From Pasteurella multocida (lineage in GTDB: Bacteria; Pseudomonadota; Gammaproteobacteria; Enterobacterales; Pasteurellaceae): a stretch of DNA of 32,000 nt. Location of the stretch: the NCBI RefSeq assembly GCF_900187275.1, contig NZ_LT906458.1, forward strand, positions 1,260,001-1,292,000. Direction: 5' to 3'. This document shows positions 10,102-20,833 of the stretch, piece after piece (the stretch's first letter is position 1; each line of letters opens with the position of its first letter). Both the position numbers and the translations under genes were made by a program. A model generated the notes under the pieces. That model was not told the DNA's origin and ran no database searches. It saw nothing but the letters and a program-made list of their open reading frames with translations.

Positions 10102-10272
10102 TTTTGTGAAGACAAGTCATCATAATTTCAAATACATAAAAGAAGAGATTTTGCCAAAAAGCATAAGAAACCTTGTGCTTAATTGGATTATCAGTTGAGA
10201 AAATCATGATTATATGAAACAATCGACAGATTATTTTATGATGAATTAAATAGATAGATTAAAGGAGCGCTA

Positions 10273-10869
10273 GTGATCGATTTCGATGGCTACCGTCCGA
10301 ATGTAGGTATTGTCATTTGCAATAGTAAAGGACAAGTACTTTGGGCTAAAAGATACGGACAAAATTCTTGGCAATTTCCTCAAGGCGGCATTAATGACAA
10401 TGAAAGCGCCGAGCAAGCCATGTATCGGGAATTGTTTGAAGAAGTTGGCTTATCGCCTAAAGATGTCAAAATATTATATATTTCAAAACATTGGTTACGT
10501 TATAAATTACCAAAACGTTTGTTACGTTACGACAGCAAACCCGTGTGTATCGGTCAAAAACAACGTTGGTTTCTATTGCAGCTGGTTTCCGATGAAAAAA
10601 ATATCAACATGCAATCCAGTAAATCACCTGAATTTGATGGTTGGCGCTGGGTCAGCTTCTGGTATCCTGTCCGCCAAGTCGTGTCTTTTAAAAAAGAAGT
10701 GTATCGTAAAGCAATGAAAGAATTTGCTTCAGTCCTCTTTGATGGGGCGAAAGAAAATCTTTTATCGAGCAAAAGCAATGAAAGTGATTTAAAGACACAT
10801 CACACAACAAAAAAATCCACATTTTTAACCAAGCACTCAAAAAAACATTTTCATAAATCAAGGGGTTGA
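10273..10869 (+). CDS. rppH: RNA pyrophosphohydrolase (Nudix)
   Basis: GTG start after AAAGGAGCG; [60 protein letters not shown] contains the Nudix box. Confidence 0.96.
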   Translation: MIDFDGYRPNVGIVICNSKGQVLWAKRYGQNSWQFPQGGINDNESAEQAMYRELFEEVGLSPKDVKILYISKHWLRYKLPKRLLRYDSKPVCIGQKQRWFLLQLVSDEKNINMQSSKSPEFDGWRWVSFWYPVRQVVSFKKEVYRKAMKEFASVLFDGAKENLLSSKSNESDLKTHHTTKKSTFLTKHSKKHFHKSRG

Positions 10870-10871
10870 GT

Positions 10872-11666
10872 ATGTTCACCTTTTTTCTTATATGCCTGGC
10901 GGTTGGTGCATTTGCAGGCTTTTTAGCCGGTCTTTTTGGCATCGGTGGCGGTCTTGTCATTGTACCTGTACTCGTTTATTTAATGCCTAAATACGTTGGT
11001 GTGCCGGAAGCGATGGTGATGGCTTGTGCGCTTGGCACGTCTTTTGCCACCATTGTGATTACCGGTTTTTCTTCTGCTCAACGCCATCATAAACTCGGTA
11101 ATGTTGTGTGGGATGTGGTCAAAGTGCTTGCCCCTGTTATCATGATCACAACTTTTATTTCGGGTTTCTTCATCAGCTATTTACCCAAAGACATTTCAGC
11201 AAGACTCTTTGCTTGTTTAGTGATCTATCTTGCTATCAAGATGTTTCTTTCCGTTAAACCTAAACCAGTCACTAAAGCGTTAACCAAAGCCTCAACCATC
11301 ATAGCTGGTATCCTTATTGGTATGGCATCTAGCGCGGCTGGAATTGGTGGCGGTGGTTTTATTGTTCCCTTCCTCAATTCAAGAGGCATTGATATGAAAA
11401 AAGCAATTGGTTCTTCTGCAGTGTGCGGGAGCTTATTGGCAATTGCGGGTATGCTAAGCTTTATGATTGCGGGTTGGAAAGTAGAAGGGCTGCCAGAATA
11501 TTCTATGGGCTATGTTTATTTACCTGCGTTAGTCGGCATTACGTTAACTTCTATTTTTACTTCAAAAATTGGTGCAACAGTCACTTCCATATTACCCGTG
11601 CCTATTCTTAAGAAAGCTTTTGCGCTTATGCTGCTTATCCTGGCTATCAACATGATTCTAAAATAA
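10872..11666 (+). CDS. TSUP/TauE-SafE family membrane permease
   Basis: AGFLAGLFGIGGGLVIVPVLVYLMP...GMASSAAGIGGGGFIVPFL duplicated TSUP motif. ATG 10872 follows AGGGG; the ORF track starts at a TTG at 10866. Confidence 0.92.
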   Translation: MFTFFLICLAVGAFAGFLAGLFGIGGGLVIVPVLVYLMPKYVGVPEAMVMACALGTSFATIVITGFSSAQRHHKLGNVVWDVVKVLAPVIMITTFISGFFISYLPKDISARLFACLVIYLAIKMFLSVKPKPVTKALTKASTIIAGILIGMASSAAGIGGGGFIVPFLNSRGIDMKKAIGSSAVCGSLLAIAGMLSFMIAGWKVEGLPEYSMGYVYLPALVGITLTSIFTSKIGATVTSILPVPILKKAFALMLLILAINMILK

Positions 11667-11675
11667 AGGAATTTT

Positions 11676-12479
11676 ATGCAATCGAGTTATTTTTCATTTC
11701 CACAATTTGATCCCGTCATTTTTGAAATCGGTCCTATCGGTTTACGTTGGTATGGCTTAATGTATCTGCTGGGGTTTCTCTTTGCCCGTTGGCTTGCGGT
11801 GAAACGTGCTAACCAAACAGGCAGTGGCTGGACAACAGACCAAGTGGATAGCCTGTTATTTAACGGTTTTATGGGCGTTTTTTTAGGTGGGCGCATTGGT
11901 TACGTGTTGTTTTATCAATTCGATTATTTCTTACAAGATCCTGCGTATTTATTCCGTGTTTGGGAAGGCGGTATGTCTTTCCATGGCGGCTTAATTGGTG
12001 TGATTTTAGCCATGTTAATCACGGCTAAAATACAAAAACGGGGTTTCTGGCAAACGGCGGATTTTGTGGCACCGTTGATTCCATTTGGCTTAGGTATGGG
12101 ACGCATCGGCAACTTTATCAATGACGAATTGTGGGGGCGTGTCACGGATGTGCCATGGGCAGTCTTATTCCCATCAGGCGGATATTTACCACGCCATCCA
12201 TCACAGCTATACGAAGCGGTATTAGAAGGCATTGTGCTATTCTTTATTCTGAATTGGTATATCAAAAAACCTCGACCAATCGGTGCAACCGCTGGTTTAT
12301 TCTTACTCGGTTACGGTATTTTCCGTTTTATCGTTGAGTTTTTCCGTGAGCCTGATGCCCAATTAGGCTTATATTTTGGTCAACACATCTCTATGGGACA
12401 AATTCTCTCCACACCAATGATTCTCATTGGTGCGGTAATCATGTTAGTGGCATATCAAAGTGCGGGTAAAAAAAGGTAA
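11676..12479 (+). CDS. lgt: Prolipoprotein diacylglyceryl transferase
   Basis: [70 protein letters not shown] are Lgt signatures. Confidence 0.97.
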   Translation: MQSSYFSFPQFDPVIFEIGPIGLRWYGLMYLLGFLFARWLAVKRANQTGSGWTTDQVDSLLFNGFMGVFLGGRIGYVLFYQFDYFLQDPAYLFRVWEGGMSFHGGLIGVILAMLITAKIQKRGFWQTADFVAPLIPFGLGMGRIGNFINDELWGRVTDVPWAVLFPSGGYLPRHPSQLYEAVLEGIVLFFILNWYIKKPRPIGATAGLFLLGYGIFRFIVEFFREPDAQLGLYFGQHISMGQILSTPMILIGAVIMLVAYQSAGKKR

Positions 12480-12484
12480 ATTTT

Positions 12485-13336
12485 ATGAAACACTATTTAG
12501 AACTTTGCCAACGTATCGTTGATGAAGGTGTTTGGGTTGAAAATGAACGAACTGGAAAACGTTGTTTGACCGTGATTGATGCAGATCTCACCTACGATGT
12601 TGCCAATAACCAATTTCCGTTGATCACCACACGCAAAAGCTATTGGAAAGCGGCAATTGCAGAATTTTTAGGTTATATCCGTGGCTATGACAATGCGGCA
12701 GATTTCCGCAAACTCGGCACCAAAACCTGGGATGCCAATGCTAATGAAAACAGTGCATGGCTCAATAATCCGCACCGCAAAGGCACCGATGATATGGGAC
12801 GTGTTTATGGCGTACAAGGGCGTGCATGGCGCAAACCGAACGGTGAAACCGTCGATCAATTGCGCAAAATCGTCAATAATCTGCGCAACGGCATTGATGA
12901 CCGTGGTGAAATCATGACCTTCTTCAACCCCGGTGAATTTGAACTGGGTTGCCTACGTCCTTGCATGCACACCCACACCTTCTCATTACTCGGTGATACC
13001 CTCTATCTCACCAGTTATCAGCGTTCTTGTGATGTGCCGCTTGGCTTGAATTTCAACCAAATTCAAGTGTTCACCTTTCTTGCCTTGATGGCACAAATTA
13101 CGGGCAAAAAAGCGGGTAAGGCGTACCACAAAATCATCAATGCACACATTTATGAAGATCAACTTGATCTCATGAAAAATGTGCAATTAAAACGTGAACC
13201 CTTCCCGTTGCCACAATTGCACATTAACCCCGAGATTAAAACCCTCGAAGATTTAGAAACTTGGGTGACAATGGACGATTTTAAGGTCACGGGCTATCAA
13301 TGCCACGATGCCATTAAATATCCTTTCTCTGTGTAA
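12485..13336 (+). CDS. thyA: Thymidylate synthase
   Basis: [60 protein letters not shown], and [19 protein letters not shown]-terminus. Confidence 0.95.
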   Translation: MKHYLELCQRIVDEGVWVENERTGKRCLTVIDADLTYDVANNQFPLITTRKSYWKAAIAEFLGYIRGYDNAADFRKLGTKTWDANANENSAWLNNPHRKGTDDMGRVYGVQGRAWRKPNGETVDQLRKIVNNLRNGIDDRGEIMTFFNPGEFELGCLRPCMHTHTFSLLGDTLYLTSYQRSCDVPLGLNFNQIQVFTFLALMAQITGKKAGKAYHKIINAHIYEDQLDLMKNVQLKREPFPLPQLHINPEIKTLEDLETWVTMDDFKVTGYQCHDAIKYPFSV

Positions 13337-13350
13337 GAGGTCGCGTCAAG

Positions 13351-13851
13351 ATGCAATCTGACATGGATGAAAAATGGATGCGTCATGCATTACGCTTGGC
13401 TGATAAAGCAGAGCAATTAGGCGAGATTCCAGTGGGTGCTGTGTTAGTCGATGAGCAGGGGAATCTATTAGGTGAAGGGTGGAATTTATCCATCAGTGAA
13501 TCCGACCCCACTGCACATGCTGAAATTGTCGCATTACGTCAAGGCGGGCAACGCTTACAAAACTACCGCCTGCTCAACACCACGTTGTATGTCACCCTGG
13601 AACCCTGCACCATGTGTGCAGGGGCAATTTTACATAGCCGTATTAAACGTCTGGTGTTTGGTGCGACCGATTACAAAACAGGCGCCGTCGGTTCACGTTT
13701 TCATTTTTTTGATGACTATAAAATGAATCATGTGATAGAAATTACCGCTGGTGTATTGCAAGAAGAATGTAGCCAAAAAATCAGTGCCTTTTTCCAAAAA
13801 CGCCGAGAACAACAAAAAATCGCTAAACAAAAAAGCCAGCTTGAAACATAA
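13351..13851 (+). CDS. tadA: tRNA-specific adenosine deaminase
   Basis: DPTAHAEIVALRQGG and TLYVTLEPCTMCAGAILHSRIKRLVFGATDYKTGAVGS: zinc-dependent deaminase motifs (HAE, PCxxC). Confidence 0.96.
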   Translation: MQSDMDEKWMRHALRLADKAEQLGEIPVGAVLVDEQGNLLGEGWNLSISESDPTAHAEIVALRQGGQRLQNYRLLNTTLYVTLEPCTMCAGAILHSRIKRLVFGATDYKTGAVGSRFHFFDDYKMNHVIEITAGVLQEECSQKISAFFQKRREQQKIAKQKSQLET

Positions 13852-14019
13852 GGTGGCGAGTTTTGTTGAAAAGCATCAGCATATCATGCCTTCTTTTGGG
13901 TTTATTTCGCTGTCTTGCAAAACTTTTTTAAAATGTACCGCACTTGCCGAGAATAAAGTCCTTCGCTGTAATTGGGCAAAGTGTATTCGTTTCAGATGAA
14001 ATTGTGTGTAAATAAAAAA

Positions 14020-14038
14020 GAGCAGAAATATTCTGCTC
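14020..14038 (-). terminator. Intrinsic terminator downstream of pflA
   Basis: GAGCAGAA-N3-TTCTGCTC stem followed on the minus strand by TTTTTTATTT. Confidence 0.8.
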
Positions 14039-14067
14039 CTCTTTCTTACATCGCCTAACAAGCTAAA

Positions 14068-14808
14068 TTAATATTTTACAATATGCCCATAACTTTCCAG
14101 AATCGATTTAATATGTTCTAAGGATTCTTTTGTTGGAGGATTGACCTCTTCCAGTTCATATTTTTCACCCATTGCTTCCCATTTGTGTGCGCCCAAACGG
14201 TGATAAGGCAATAATTCGACTTTCTCAATGTTTTTCATGTCTTTAATAAAGTGACCCAATAAATGAATATCTTCATCGGCATCGGTATAACCCGGTACGA
14301 CAACATAACGAATCCAAACAGGCTGATTACGTTTGGCTAGATATTGAGCAAACTCTAAAGTGCGCTTATTTGGTACACCGATTAAGTTTTGGTGAATTTT
14401 ATCATTCAGTTGTTTGAGATCGAGTAATACAAGATCCGTCACATCTAACAGCTCATCAATCACGTGATCATAATTACGCACAAAACCGTTGGTATCTAAA
14501 CAGGTATGAATCCCCTCTTTTTTACAAGCGCTAAACCAATCACGTACAAACTCTGCTTGCAATACCGCTTCGCCACCAGAGGCGGTAACGCCTCCACCAG
14601 ATGCGTTCATAAAGTGGCGATAAGTCACCACTTCTTTCATTAATTCCTCAACAGTAATTTCCTTGCCGGCGTGCAAATCCCACGTATCTCGATTGTGACA
14701 GTATTGGCAACGCATTAAGCAACCTTGCATAAATAAAATAAAACGAATACCGGGCCCATCAACAGTGCCACAGGATTCGTAAGAATGAATTCTTCCCACA
14801 ACAGCCAT
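14068..14808 (-). CDS. pflA: Pyruvate formate-lyase activating enzyme (radical SAM)
   Basis: [41 protein letters not shown]: CxxxCxxC radical SAM cluster motif and PflA-type sequence. ORF track starts at 14814; the second Met (14808) is a possible start. Confidence 0.95.
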   Translation of the reverse strand: MAVVGRIHSYESCGTVDGPGIRFILFMQGCLMRCQYCHNRDTWDLHAGKEITVEELMKEVVTYRHFMNASGGGVTASGGEAVLQAEFVRDWFSACKKEGIHTCLDTNGFVRNYDHVIDELLDVTDLVLLDLKQLNDKIHQNLIGVPNKRTLEFAQYLAKRNQPVWIRYVVVPGYTDADEDIHLLGHFIKDMKNIEKVELLPYHRLGAHKWEAMGEKYELEEVNPPTKESLEHIKSILESYGHIVKY

Positions 14809-14906
14809 AATCAATCCTTAAACATTTTTTGCTTATTATAATCGAAATTTAGCCGTATTGTTGCGAATTATTCGACTATATTACATTGTCCTCACAACAA
14901 AAAAAT

Positions 14907-14936
14907 ACTCGGCATTCGCTTAAATAAATGCCGAGT
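14907..14936 (-). terminator. Intrinsic terminator downstream of autotransporter gene
   Basis: ACTCGGCATT-N10-AATGCCGAGT followed by ATTTTTTTG on the minus strand. Confidence 0.88.
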
Positions 14937-14971
14937 GAGATACGGACTGCAGAAAAGTGTGCTGGCTTTTT

Positions 14972-17026
14972 TTAGAAGGTAAAACCAATGCCCGCTTGGA
15001 GTGTCGTGTTTGAAAGCGCATTTTTACGTCCTAGATCACGACGAAAAGCAAGATTTGCATGGAACCCACTGCTTATCGGTTTAAAGTGTAAACCCGCAAC
15101 AATATTTACCCACTGGTTATCTTGCGATGGCAAGACAGTCATAAAAGAACTCCCATTCAAACTCGCTTGGATGGTAGGTAAATCATTGTTCCATTCTTTT
15201 ACCCAACGTGTCGTGACATAAGGTTGCCAGCTTGCCGCCTGATAACGTAAATCAAAGCCAACACCACTTCTTACACTTTTTTCAGTACGTGCGGCAAATT
15301 GCATTTGTGTGATGCCACGGTTTTGCTCACCAAATCCAGCCACATCCGTTTTGGTTTTATTGAGATCCGCAATCAAAGCAATACCTAACGCCTTGAATTT
15401 CCATTCATAGCCGGCAAATAACCCCATGCTGAAACTTTCAGCCTCGGTTTCGGCTGACTGTTGGTGAGTCGAATGTCCAATATACGCCACTCTATCTGTT
15501 GTCAATGTTGTATTATTCACTTGGAGTGCACTTCCCAACCACCAATTATCTGCATCATAACGAAGTGCGGTGCTTAATACGCGATTTTGCGTATTGATAT
15601 TAATCAGCCCCTGTTGCACATCTTGTTTCTGCTGACTCGCAACAAGCGCTAATTGCCACTGAGGGTTAAATTGGACTTTAGCACCAACATGTAAACTATG
15701 CCCCCCTTTTTGTTTCTGATAAGCGGCTAATGTATCAATACTCTGTGCGCTTTGTTGCTGTAAACGATGACGATTACTTTCAGTACGAATAAAATCCAAT
15801 GCCAGCTCCGTTTGCTGCTGAACGATCTGAGTCAGAATCCCCATGTCCTTTGGCGTCTGTAATACATTAAGAATATAATCTGACATCGCTTTATGTGCAG
15901 TTGGTCCTGGGTGGAAACTGTCTGCAAATAAGCGTTGACTGGCAGCTGTTTGATCCTCAGGCTTACATGCCGGTTTAGCTGGGTCTGCGGTGCTCTCTTT
16001 ACAAACGACGGTTGTCGTATTCGTTAAACCATATTCTGCTGGACGGGTCATCATATCTTTTAATAATCCATCAGTGTCAATACGTACAATATTTCCACCC
16101 ACTTGGTTTAACGCTGACGTAATACTGGCATTTAAGAATGCGGTGGCTTGTGCCGCCTGTTCAACAATGGTTTTGTATTCTTTAATTAATGTCTCTGCAA
16201 TACCTTTGGCATTATAACCTGCAGCAGACAATGTCCACTGTGTAATAGTCCAACGACTGTTATAAAAATCTTCCGCTGCTTTTTCTAATGTTTGTACACG
16301 GTGTTTTTCAAATTCTTCCAAATTCTTGGTTGGTTGGACTAAAAGTTGTTCAGCCGCCGCTTTAAAATTGGCGACAAAATCCGATTGTTTGATTAAACCA
16401 TAGGATTTTGCTTGGATTTGTGCGCCGGCTGCTTCACCCAATTTATCGAAAAATTCAGGCGTATAAGTCACGTTTGGGATCGTAGGCGCGATGATCTGAT
16501 TAACACCAGCCTGTTGTAATGCTCCCCATTGCTGTGCCATCGTTTGTGCCATGGTTTTAATACTGGCTAACACGTAGGCTTGTTTCTCTTCAGGTGTTGT
16601 CTTCGTTACTGCTGTTGCTAATACTGTCGCCAAATCATTACCACCTGCCCATAGAATATGTAAAGCTTCTTTTTTGACTGGCGCATGTAAATACTCGTTG
16701 ATCTGCTTTTCTAGTGCTAAATGAGGTTGTTCTGCTGTTCTAGTATTATGTGCACCAACAATCACCCCACCGCTGTACGCGTAGTTCAAACCACCTTGTG
16801 TAGAAGGTATTAATTTTTTCCCAAATGCTTGAGCTAAATATTCATCATAAAGGTGATGATAGTTTCCATCAGCCTTTAAATAAGAGGCTTTCTTATTCCA
16901 ACCTGTTTGCCCCATATCACTTAAACTATCACCAAACACGACAACATCTTGTGCCAGAGCAGCCGAACTTAGTGAACAAAATAATGCGAATGAAAGTGTA
17001 TTAATTTTCACAATAATGTCCTTCAA
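14972..17026 (-). CDS. GDSL-type esterase/lipase autotransporter (EstA-like, type Va)
   Basis: Signal peptide MKDIIVKINTLSFALFCSLSSAALAQ, VVVFGDSLSDMG (GDSL), LWAGGNDL, DSFHPGPTAHKAM (D-x-x-H) and a C-terminal autotransporter barrel ending in LQAGIGFTF. Confidence 0.93.
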   Translation of the reverse strand: MKDIIVKINTLSFALFCSLSSAALAQDVVVFGDSLSDMGQTGWNKKASYLKADGNYHHLYDEYLAQAFGKKLIPSTQGGLNYAYSGGVIVGAHNTRTAEQPHLALEKQINEYLHAPVKKEALHILWAGGNDLATVLATAVTKTTPEEKQAYVLASIKTMAQTMAQQWGALQQAGVNQIIAPTIPNVTYTPEFFDKLGEAAGAQIQAKSYGLIKQSDFVANFKAAAEQLLVQPTKNLEEFEKHRVQTLEKAAEDFYNSRWTITQWTLSAAGYNAKGIAETLIKEYKTIVEQAAQATAFLNASITSALNQVGGNIVRIDTDGLLKDMMTRPAEYGLTNTTTVVCKESTADPAKPACKPEDQTAASQRLFADSFHPGPTAHKAMSDYILNVLQTPKDMGILTQIVQQQTELALDFIRTESNRHRLQQQSAQSIDTLAAYQKQKGGHSLHVGAKVQFNPQWQLALVASQQKQDVQQGLININTQNRVLSTALRYDADNWWLGSALQVNNTTLTTDRVAYIGHSTHQQSAETEAESFSMGLFAGYEWKFKALGIALIADLNKTKTDVAGFGEQNRGITQMQFAARTEKSVRSGVGFDLRYQAASWQPYVTTRWVKEWNNDLPTIQASLNGSSFMTVLPSQDNQWVNIVAGLHFKPISSGFHANLAFRRDLGRKNALSNTTLQAGIGFTF

Positions 17027-17133
17027 TTATTCATCGTCAGTCAAAAATTTGCGTCATCATACGTTGATTATAGGAAGATACCTAGCCAGACCACTACTGG
17101 TATGAACAGAAGTCAATGTTTAATCACATAAAA

Positions 17134-17163
17134 AAGCCTCTGTGCTTTCACACAGAGGCTTTT
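17134..17163 (-). terminator. Intrinsic terminator downstream of pflB
   Basis: AAAGCCTCTGTG-N6-CACAGAGGCTTT, then TTTATG on the minus strand. Confidence 0.87.
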
Positions 17164-17184
17164 ATGTCCATTCACCTACTCAAA

Positions 17185-19509
17185 TTACATCGCTTGAGTA
17201 AAGGTACGCGTAATCACGTCTTGTTGTTGTTCTTTGGTTAACGAGTTAAAGCGTACTGCATAACCCGAAACACGAATGGTTAATTGTGGATATTTCTCCG
17301 GATTTTCCATTGCATCTAACAACATTTCACGGTTCATGACGTTCACGTTTAAGTGTTGTCCGCCTTCAATCGTTGCTTCATGGTGGAAGTAACCGTCCAT
17401 TAGACCTGCAAGGTTACGTTTTTGTGCTTCGTAATCTTTACCTAAGGCATTTGGTACGATTGAGAAGGTATAAGAAATACCATCTTTCGCATAAGCAAAT
17501 GGCAATTTCGCAACAGAAGTTAACGATGCTACTGCACCTTTTTGGTCACGACCGTGCATTGGGTTCGCACCCGGTCCAAATGGTGCACCAGAACGACGAC
17601 CATCTGGGGTGTTACCTGTTTTCTTACCATAAACCACGTTAGATGTAATAGTAAGTACAGATTGTGTCGGTGTCGCATTACGATAAGTACCCAATTTTTG
17701 GATTTTCTTCATAAAGCGTTCAACTAAATCACAAGCGATTTCATCAACACGGTTATCGTTGTTACCGAATTGTGGATATTCGCCTTCAATTTCAAAGTCG
17801 ATTGCCACATCTTTTGCAATACCAACCACTTCACCCGCTTTATTTTTGATTTCGATATCACCACGAACTGGTTTCACTTTCGCATATTTAATGGCAGATA
17901 AAGAGTCCGCTGCGACAGAAAGCCCTGCGATACCACAAGCCATAGTACGGAATACATCACGATCATGAAGTGCCATTAGTGCGGCTTCATACGCGTATTT
18001 ATCGTGCATAAAGTGAATGATGTTCAATGCAGTAACATATTGTTTCGCTAACCAATCCATAAAGCTGTCTAAGCGCGTCATGACATCATCATAATCTAAG
18101 TATTCGCTGGTAATTGGATCGGTTTTCGGTCCTACTTGGTCACCTGATTTCTCATCCACACCGCCATTGATTGCGTATAACAAGGTTTTCGCTAAGTTGG
18201 CACGTGCACCGAAGAATTGCATCATTTTACCCACGATCATTGGCGATACACAGCATGCAATCGCATAGTCATCGTTTTGGAAGTCAGGACGCATTAAGTC
18301 ATCGTTTTCATACTGAACAGAAGACGTATCGATAGACACTTTTGCCGCATAACGTTTGAAACCTTCTGGTAATTTTTCAGACCAAAGAATCGTTAAGTTT
18401 GGCTCTGGTGACGGTCCCATCGTATAAAGGGTGTGTAAGATACGGAAGCTGTTTTTGGTTACTAAAGTACGACCATCTAAGCCCATACCCGCTAAGGTTT
18501 CCGTTGCCCACATTGGGTCGCCCGAGAATAATTGATCGTACTCTGGGGTACGTAAGAAACGCACCATACGTAATTTCATGACTAAGTGGTCAATTAATTC
18601 TTGTGCTTCTTGTTCTGTAATTTTGCCTGCTTTTAAATCACGCTCAATATAAATATCTAAGAAAGTCGATACACGACCAAATGACATGGCAGCACCGTTT
18701 TGTGATTTCACTGCAGCAAGATAAGCAAAGTAAGTCCATTGTACCGCTTCATGTGCGTTAGTCGCTGGACCCGAAATATCGTAACCGTAAGAGGCCGCCA
18801 TTTCTTTCATTTTGCCTAAAGCACGGTGTTGTTCCGCAATTTCTTCACGTAATTGAATCGTTGCTTGGATATCTTCGCCACGCTCTAGTTTGTCTTGTAA
18901 TGACGTAAATTGGTTAAATTTATCTTTCATTAAGAAGTCTGCACCATACAGAGCCATACGACGATAGTCACCAATAATACGACCACGACCATAAGCATCC
19001 GGAAGCCCTGTGATTACCCCAGATTTACGGCAACGTAAAATATCGGGTGTATAAACATCAAATACACCTTGGTTGTGGGTTTTACGGTATTCAGTAAAGA
19101 TTTGCTCGACTTCTGGTTTTAGTTCACGGCGATAAACTTTACAAGAACCTTTCACCATGTTGATACCACCAAACGGCATAATCGCACGTTTTAAAGGTGC
19201 ATCTGTTTGCAAGCCAACAATTTTCTCTAAGCTTTTATCAATATAACCCGGCGCATGTGAAGTGATTGTTGACGGCGTATCGCAATCAATGTCATACGGC
19301 TCGTGGGTTTTATTTTCCACTTTGATTTTTTCCATCACATCATTCCACAATTTTGTTGTGGCTTCTGTGGCATCGGCTAAGAAAGACTCATCCCCTTCAT
19401 AAGGTGTATAGTTTTTTTGAATAAAATCGCGTACATTCACTTCTGTTTGCCAGTCGCCACCGGTAAACCCTTCCCAAGCCTTTTGTTGAGTTTCATTTAA
19501 TTGACTCAT
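17185..19509 (-). CDS. pflB: Formate C-acetyltransferase (pyruvate formate-lyase)
   Basis: [10 protein letters not shown] (catalytic Cys-Cys) and C-terminal glycyl-radical motif [15 protein letters not shown]; full-length about 774 aa. Confidence 0.98.
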   Translation of the reverse strand: MSQLNETQQKAWEGFTGGDWQTEVNVRDFIQKNYTPYEGDESFLADATEATTKLWNDVMEKIKVENKTHEPYDIDCDTPSTITSHAPGYIDKSLEKIVGLQTDAPLKRAIMPFGGINMVKGSCKVYRRELKPEVEQIFTEYRKTHNQGVFDVYTPDILRCRKSGVITGLPDAYGRGRIIGDYRRMALYGADFLMKDKFNQFTSLQDKLERGEDIQATIQLREEIAEQHRALGKMKEMAASYGYDISGPATNAHEAVQWTYFAYLAAVKSQNGAAMSFGRVSTFLDIYIERDLKAGKITEQEAQELIDHLVMKLRMVRFLRTPEYDQLFSGDPMWATETLAGMGLDGRTLVTKNSFRILHTLYTMGPSPEPNLTILWSEKLPEGFKRYAAKVSIDTSSVQYENDDLMRPDFQNDDYAIACCVSPMIVGKMMQFFGARANLAKTLLYAINGGVDEKSGDQVGPKTDPITSEYLDYDDVMTRLDSFMDWLAKQYVTALNIIHFMHDKYAYEAALMALHDRDVFRTMACGIAGLSVAADSLSAIKYAKVKPVRGDIEIKNKAGEVVGIAKDVAIDFEIEGEYPQFGNNDNRVDEIACDLVERFMKKIQKLGTYRNATPTQSVLTITSNVVYGKKTGNTPDGRRSGAPFGPGANPMHGRDQKGAVASLTSVAKLPFAYAKDGISYTFSIVPNALGKDYEAQKRNLAGLMDGYFHHEATIEGGQHLNVNVMNREMLLDAMENPEKYPQLTIRVSGYAVRFNSLTKEQQQDVITRTFTQAM

Positions 19510-19559
19510 ACTCAATACCTTCTATTAATTAATGAAAATAAATCTTGTCATCGCTTACA

Positions 19560-19582
19560 TAAAAGTAACATTGTTACTTTTA
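19560..19582 (-). promoter_or_regulatory. Perfect hairpin in focA-pflB intergenic region
   Basis: TAAAAGTAAC-N3-GTTACTTTTA, 10-bp perfect arms, about 12 nt after the focA stop codon. Confidence 0.7.
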
Positions 19583-19594
19583 CACCTAAACTGC

Positions 19595-20446
19595 TTAATG
19601 TGGGCGGTTAATGTACCACTGTGTTAATGCGACACAGAGGGCGCCACCAACAATATTCCCTAAGGTCACGGGAATTAAATTTTTTACTACAAAATGATAC
19701 ATATCTAAATCAGCAAATTGCGCGGGATTTAAACTCACAGCTTGCCAAAATTCAGGGGAAGCAAAATGCGCGATCATCATCCCCATTGGGATCATAAACA
19801 TATTTGCCACACTATGCTCAAAGCCTGATGCCACAAACATCGAAATCGGCAAAATCATGATCACCGCTTTATCTAATAAGGTTTTGCCGGCATAAGTCAT
19901 CCATACCGCAATACACACCATAATGTTACAAAAAATACCCAATGCAAAGGCTTCTGTCCAAGTGTGATGAATTTTATGTTGGGCTGTTTTTAAAATGGTT
20001 AATCCCCATTGCCCGTTGGCAGCCATAATTTGCCCTGCAAACCAAGTAAGCAACACAATGAAAAGTGCGCCGACAAAGTTGCCTCCGTACACCACGAGCC
20101 AGTTGCGCAACATTTGGAAAGTAGAGATTCGACCACTGACTCGCGCAACTGCAGTCATCGTTGATGAAGTAAAGAGTTCAGAACCGCACACCACCACCAT
20201 AATCACCCCAAGGGAGAAAACAATACCACCGACTAATTTTGTGAGTCCCCATGGTGCATCACCATTACCGGTTTGTGTGGTTGCGTAGAAAACGAATGCA
20301 ATGGCAATAAATGCCCCTGCTGGAATAGCAGAAAAGAAAGAGTAGATTTGTTTTTTTGTGGCTTTATAAACACCGACATCTTCGCCAATCTGTGCCATCT
20401 TTGTGGGTGACACCATACAGGTTGACGTTGATTCTTCTGATTTCAT
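19595..20446 (-). CDS. focA: Formate channel FocA (FNT family)
   Basis: FFSAIPAGAFIAIAFVFYATT, GGIVFSLGVIMVVVCGSELFTSS, WVVYGGNFVGAL, ALGIFCNIMVCIAVWM, NLIPVTLGNIVGG are FNT signatures. Directly upstream of pflB. Confidence 0.97.
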   Translation of the reverse strand: MKSEESTSTCMVSPTKMAQIGEDVGVYKATKKQIYSFFSAIPAGAFIAIAFVFYATTQTGNGDAPWGLTKLVGGIVFSLGVIMVVVCGSELFTSSTMTAVARVSGRISTFQMLRNWLVVYGGNFVGALFIVLLTWFAGQIMAANGQWGLTILKTAQHKIHHTWTEAFALGIFCNIMVCIAVWMTYAGKTLLDKAVIMILPISMFVASGFEHSVANMFMIPMGMMIAHFASPEFWQAVSLNPAQFADLDMYHFVVKNLIPVTLGNIVGGALCVALTQWYINRPH

Positions 20447-20833
20447 CCTTAAATCCCCTTACATGAATATCGTATAATGCCTAATGACGATGAGTCACAT
20501 AAATCAATAATTTAAAAAAATTTTATTTTTTATAATTTTTGTTAATTATAGGGAGTTTTCGTGCAAAATAAAAGCGCTTTTTTGTTCAAAAAATACCCAA
20601 AGCCATTTTTTCTTACGCCAGATCAATTTATTGTTAAAATATTTTAATTTTCAACAAATTAACATTAATTTAAATAACTTATAACAAGATTTTAACAGCT
20701 ATTTTTTAATCAGCAATAGTTCATTTTTAAAACAGCAAAAAGCTACACTCTAGTGTCCTGAAAAAATTGCCATTTTAGCCATTTTCTGTTAAAACGTGCG
20801 TAGATTTTCACATAATGAAAAAGGATAAGTAAC

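Noticed and set aside
9688-10272. Chromosomal replication origin oriC
   Set aside because: Only two perfect DnaA boxes, no clustered GATC sites or clear 13-mer repeats, and no mnmG/rpmH/dnaA neighbourhood. Kept as an unexplained region rather than called oriC.
10688-10960. 90-aa minus ORF over the rppH/TSUP junction
   Set aside because: Antisense to two well-supported genes with low-complexity Pro/Lys start; spurious.
11924-12265. 113-aa minus ORF inside lgt
   Set aside because: Antisense shadow ORF of lgt.
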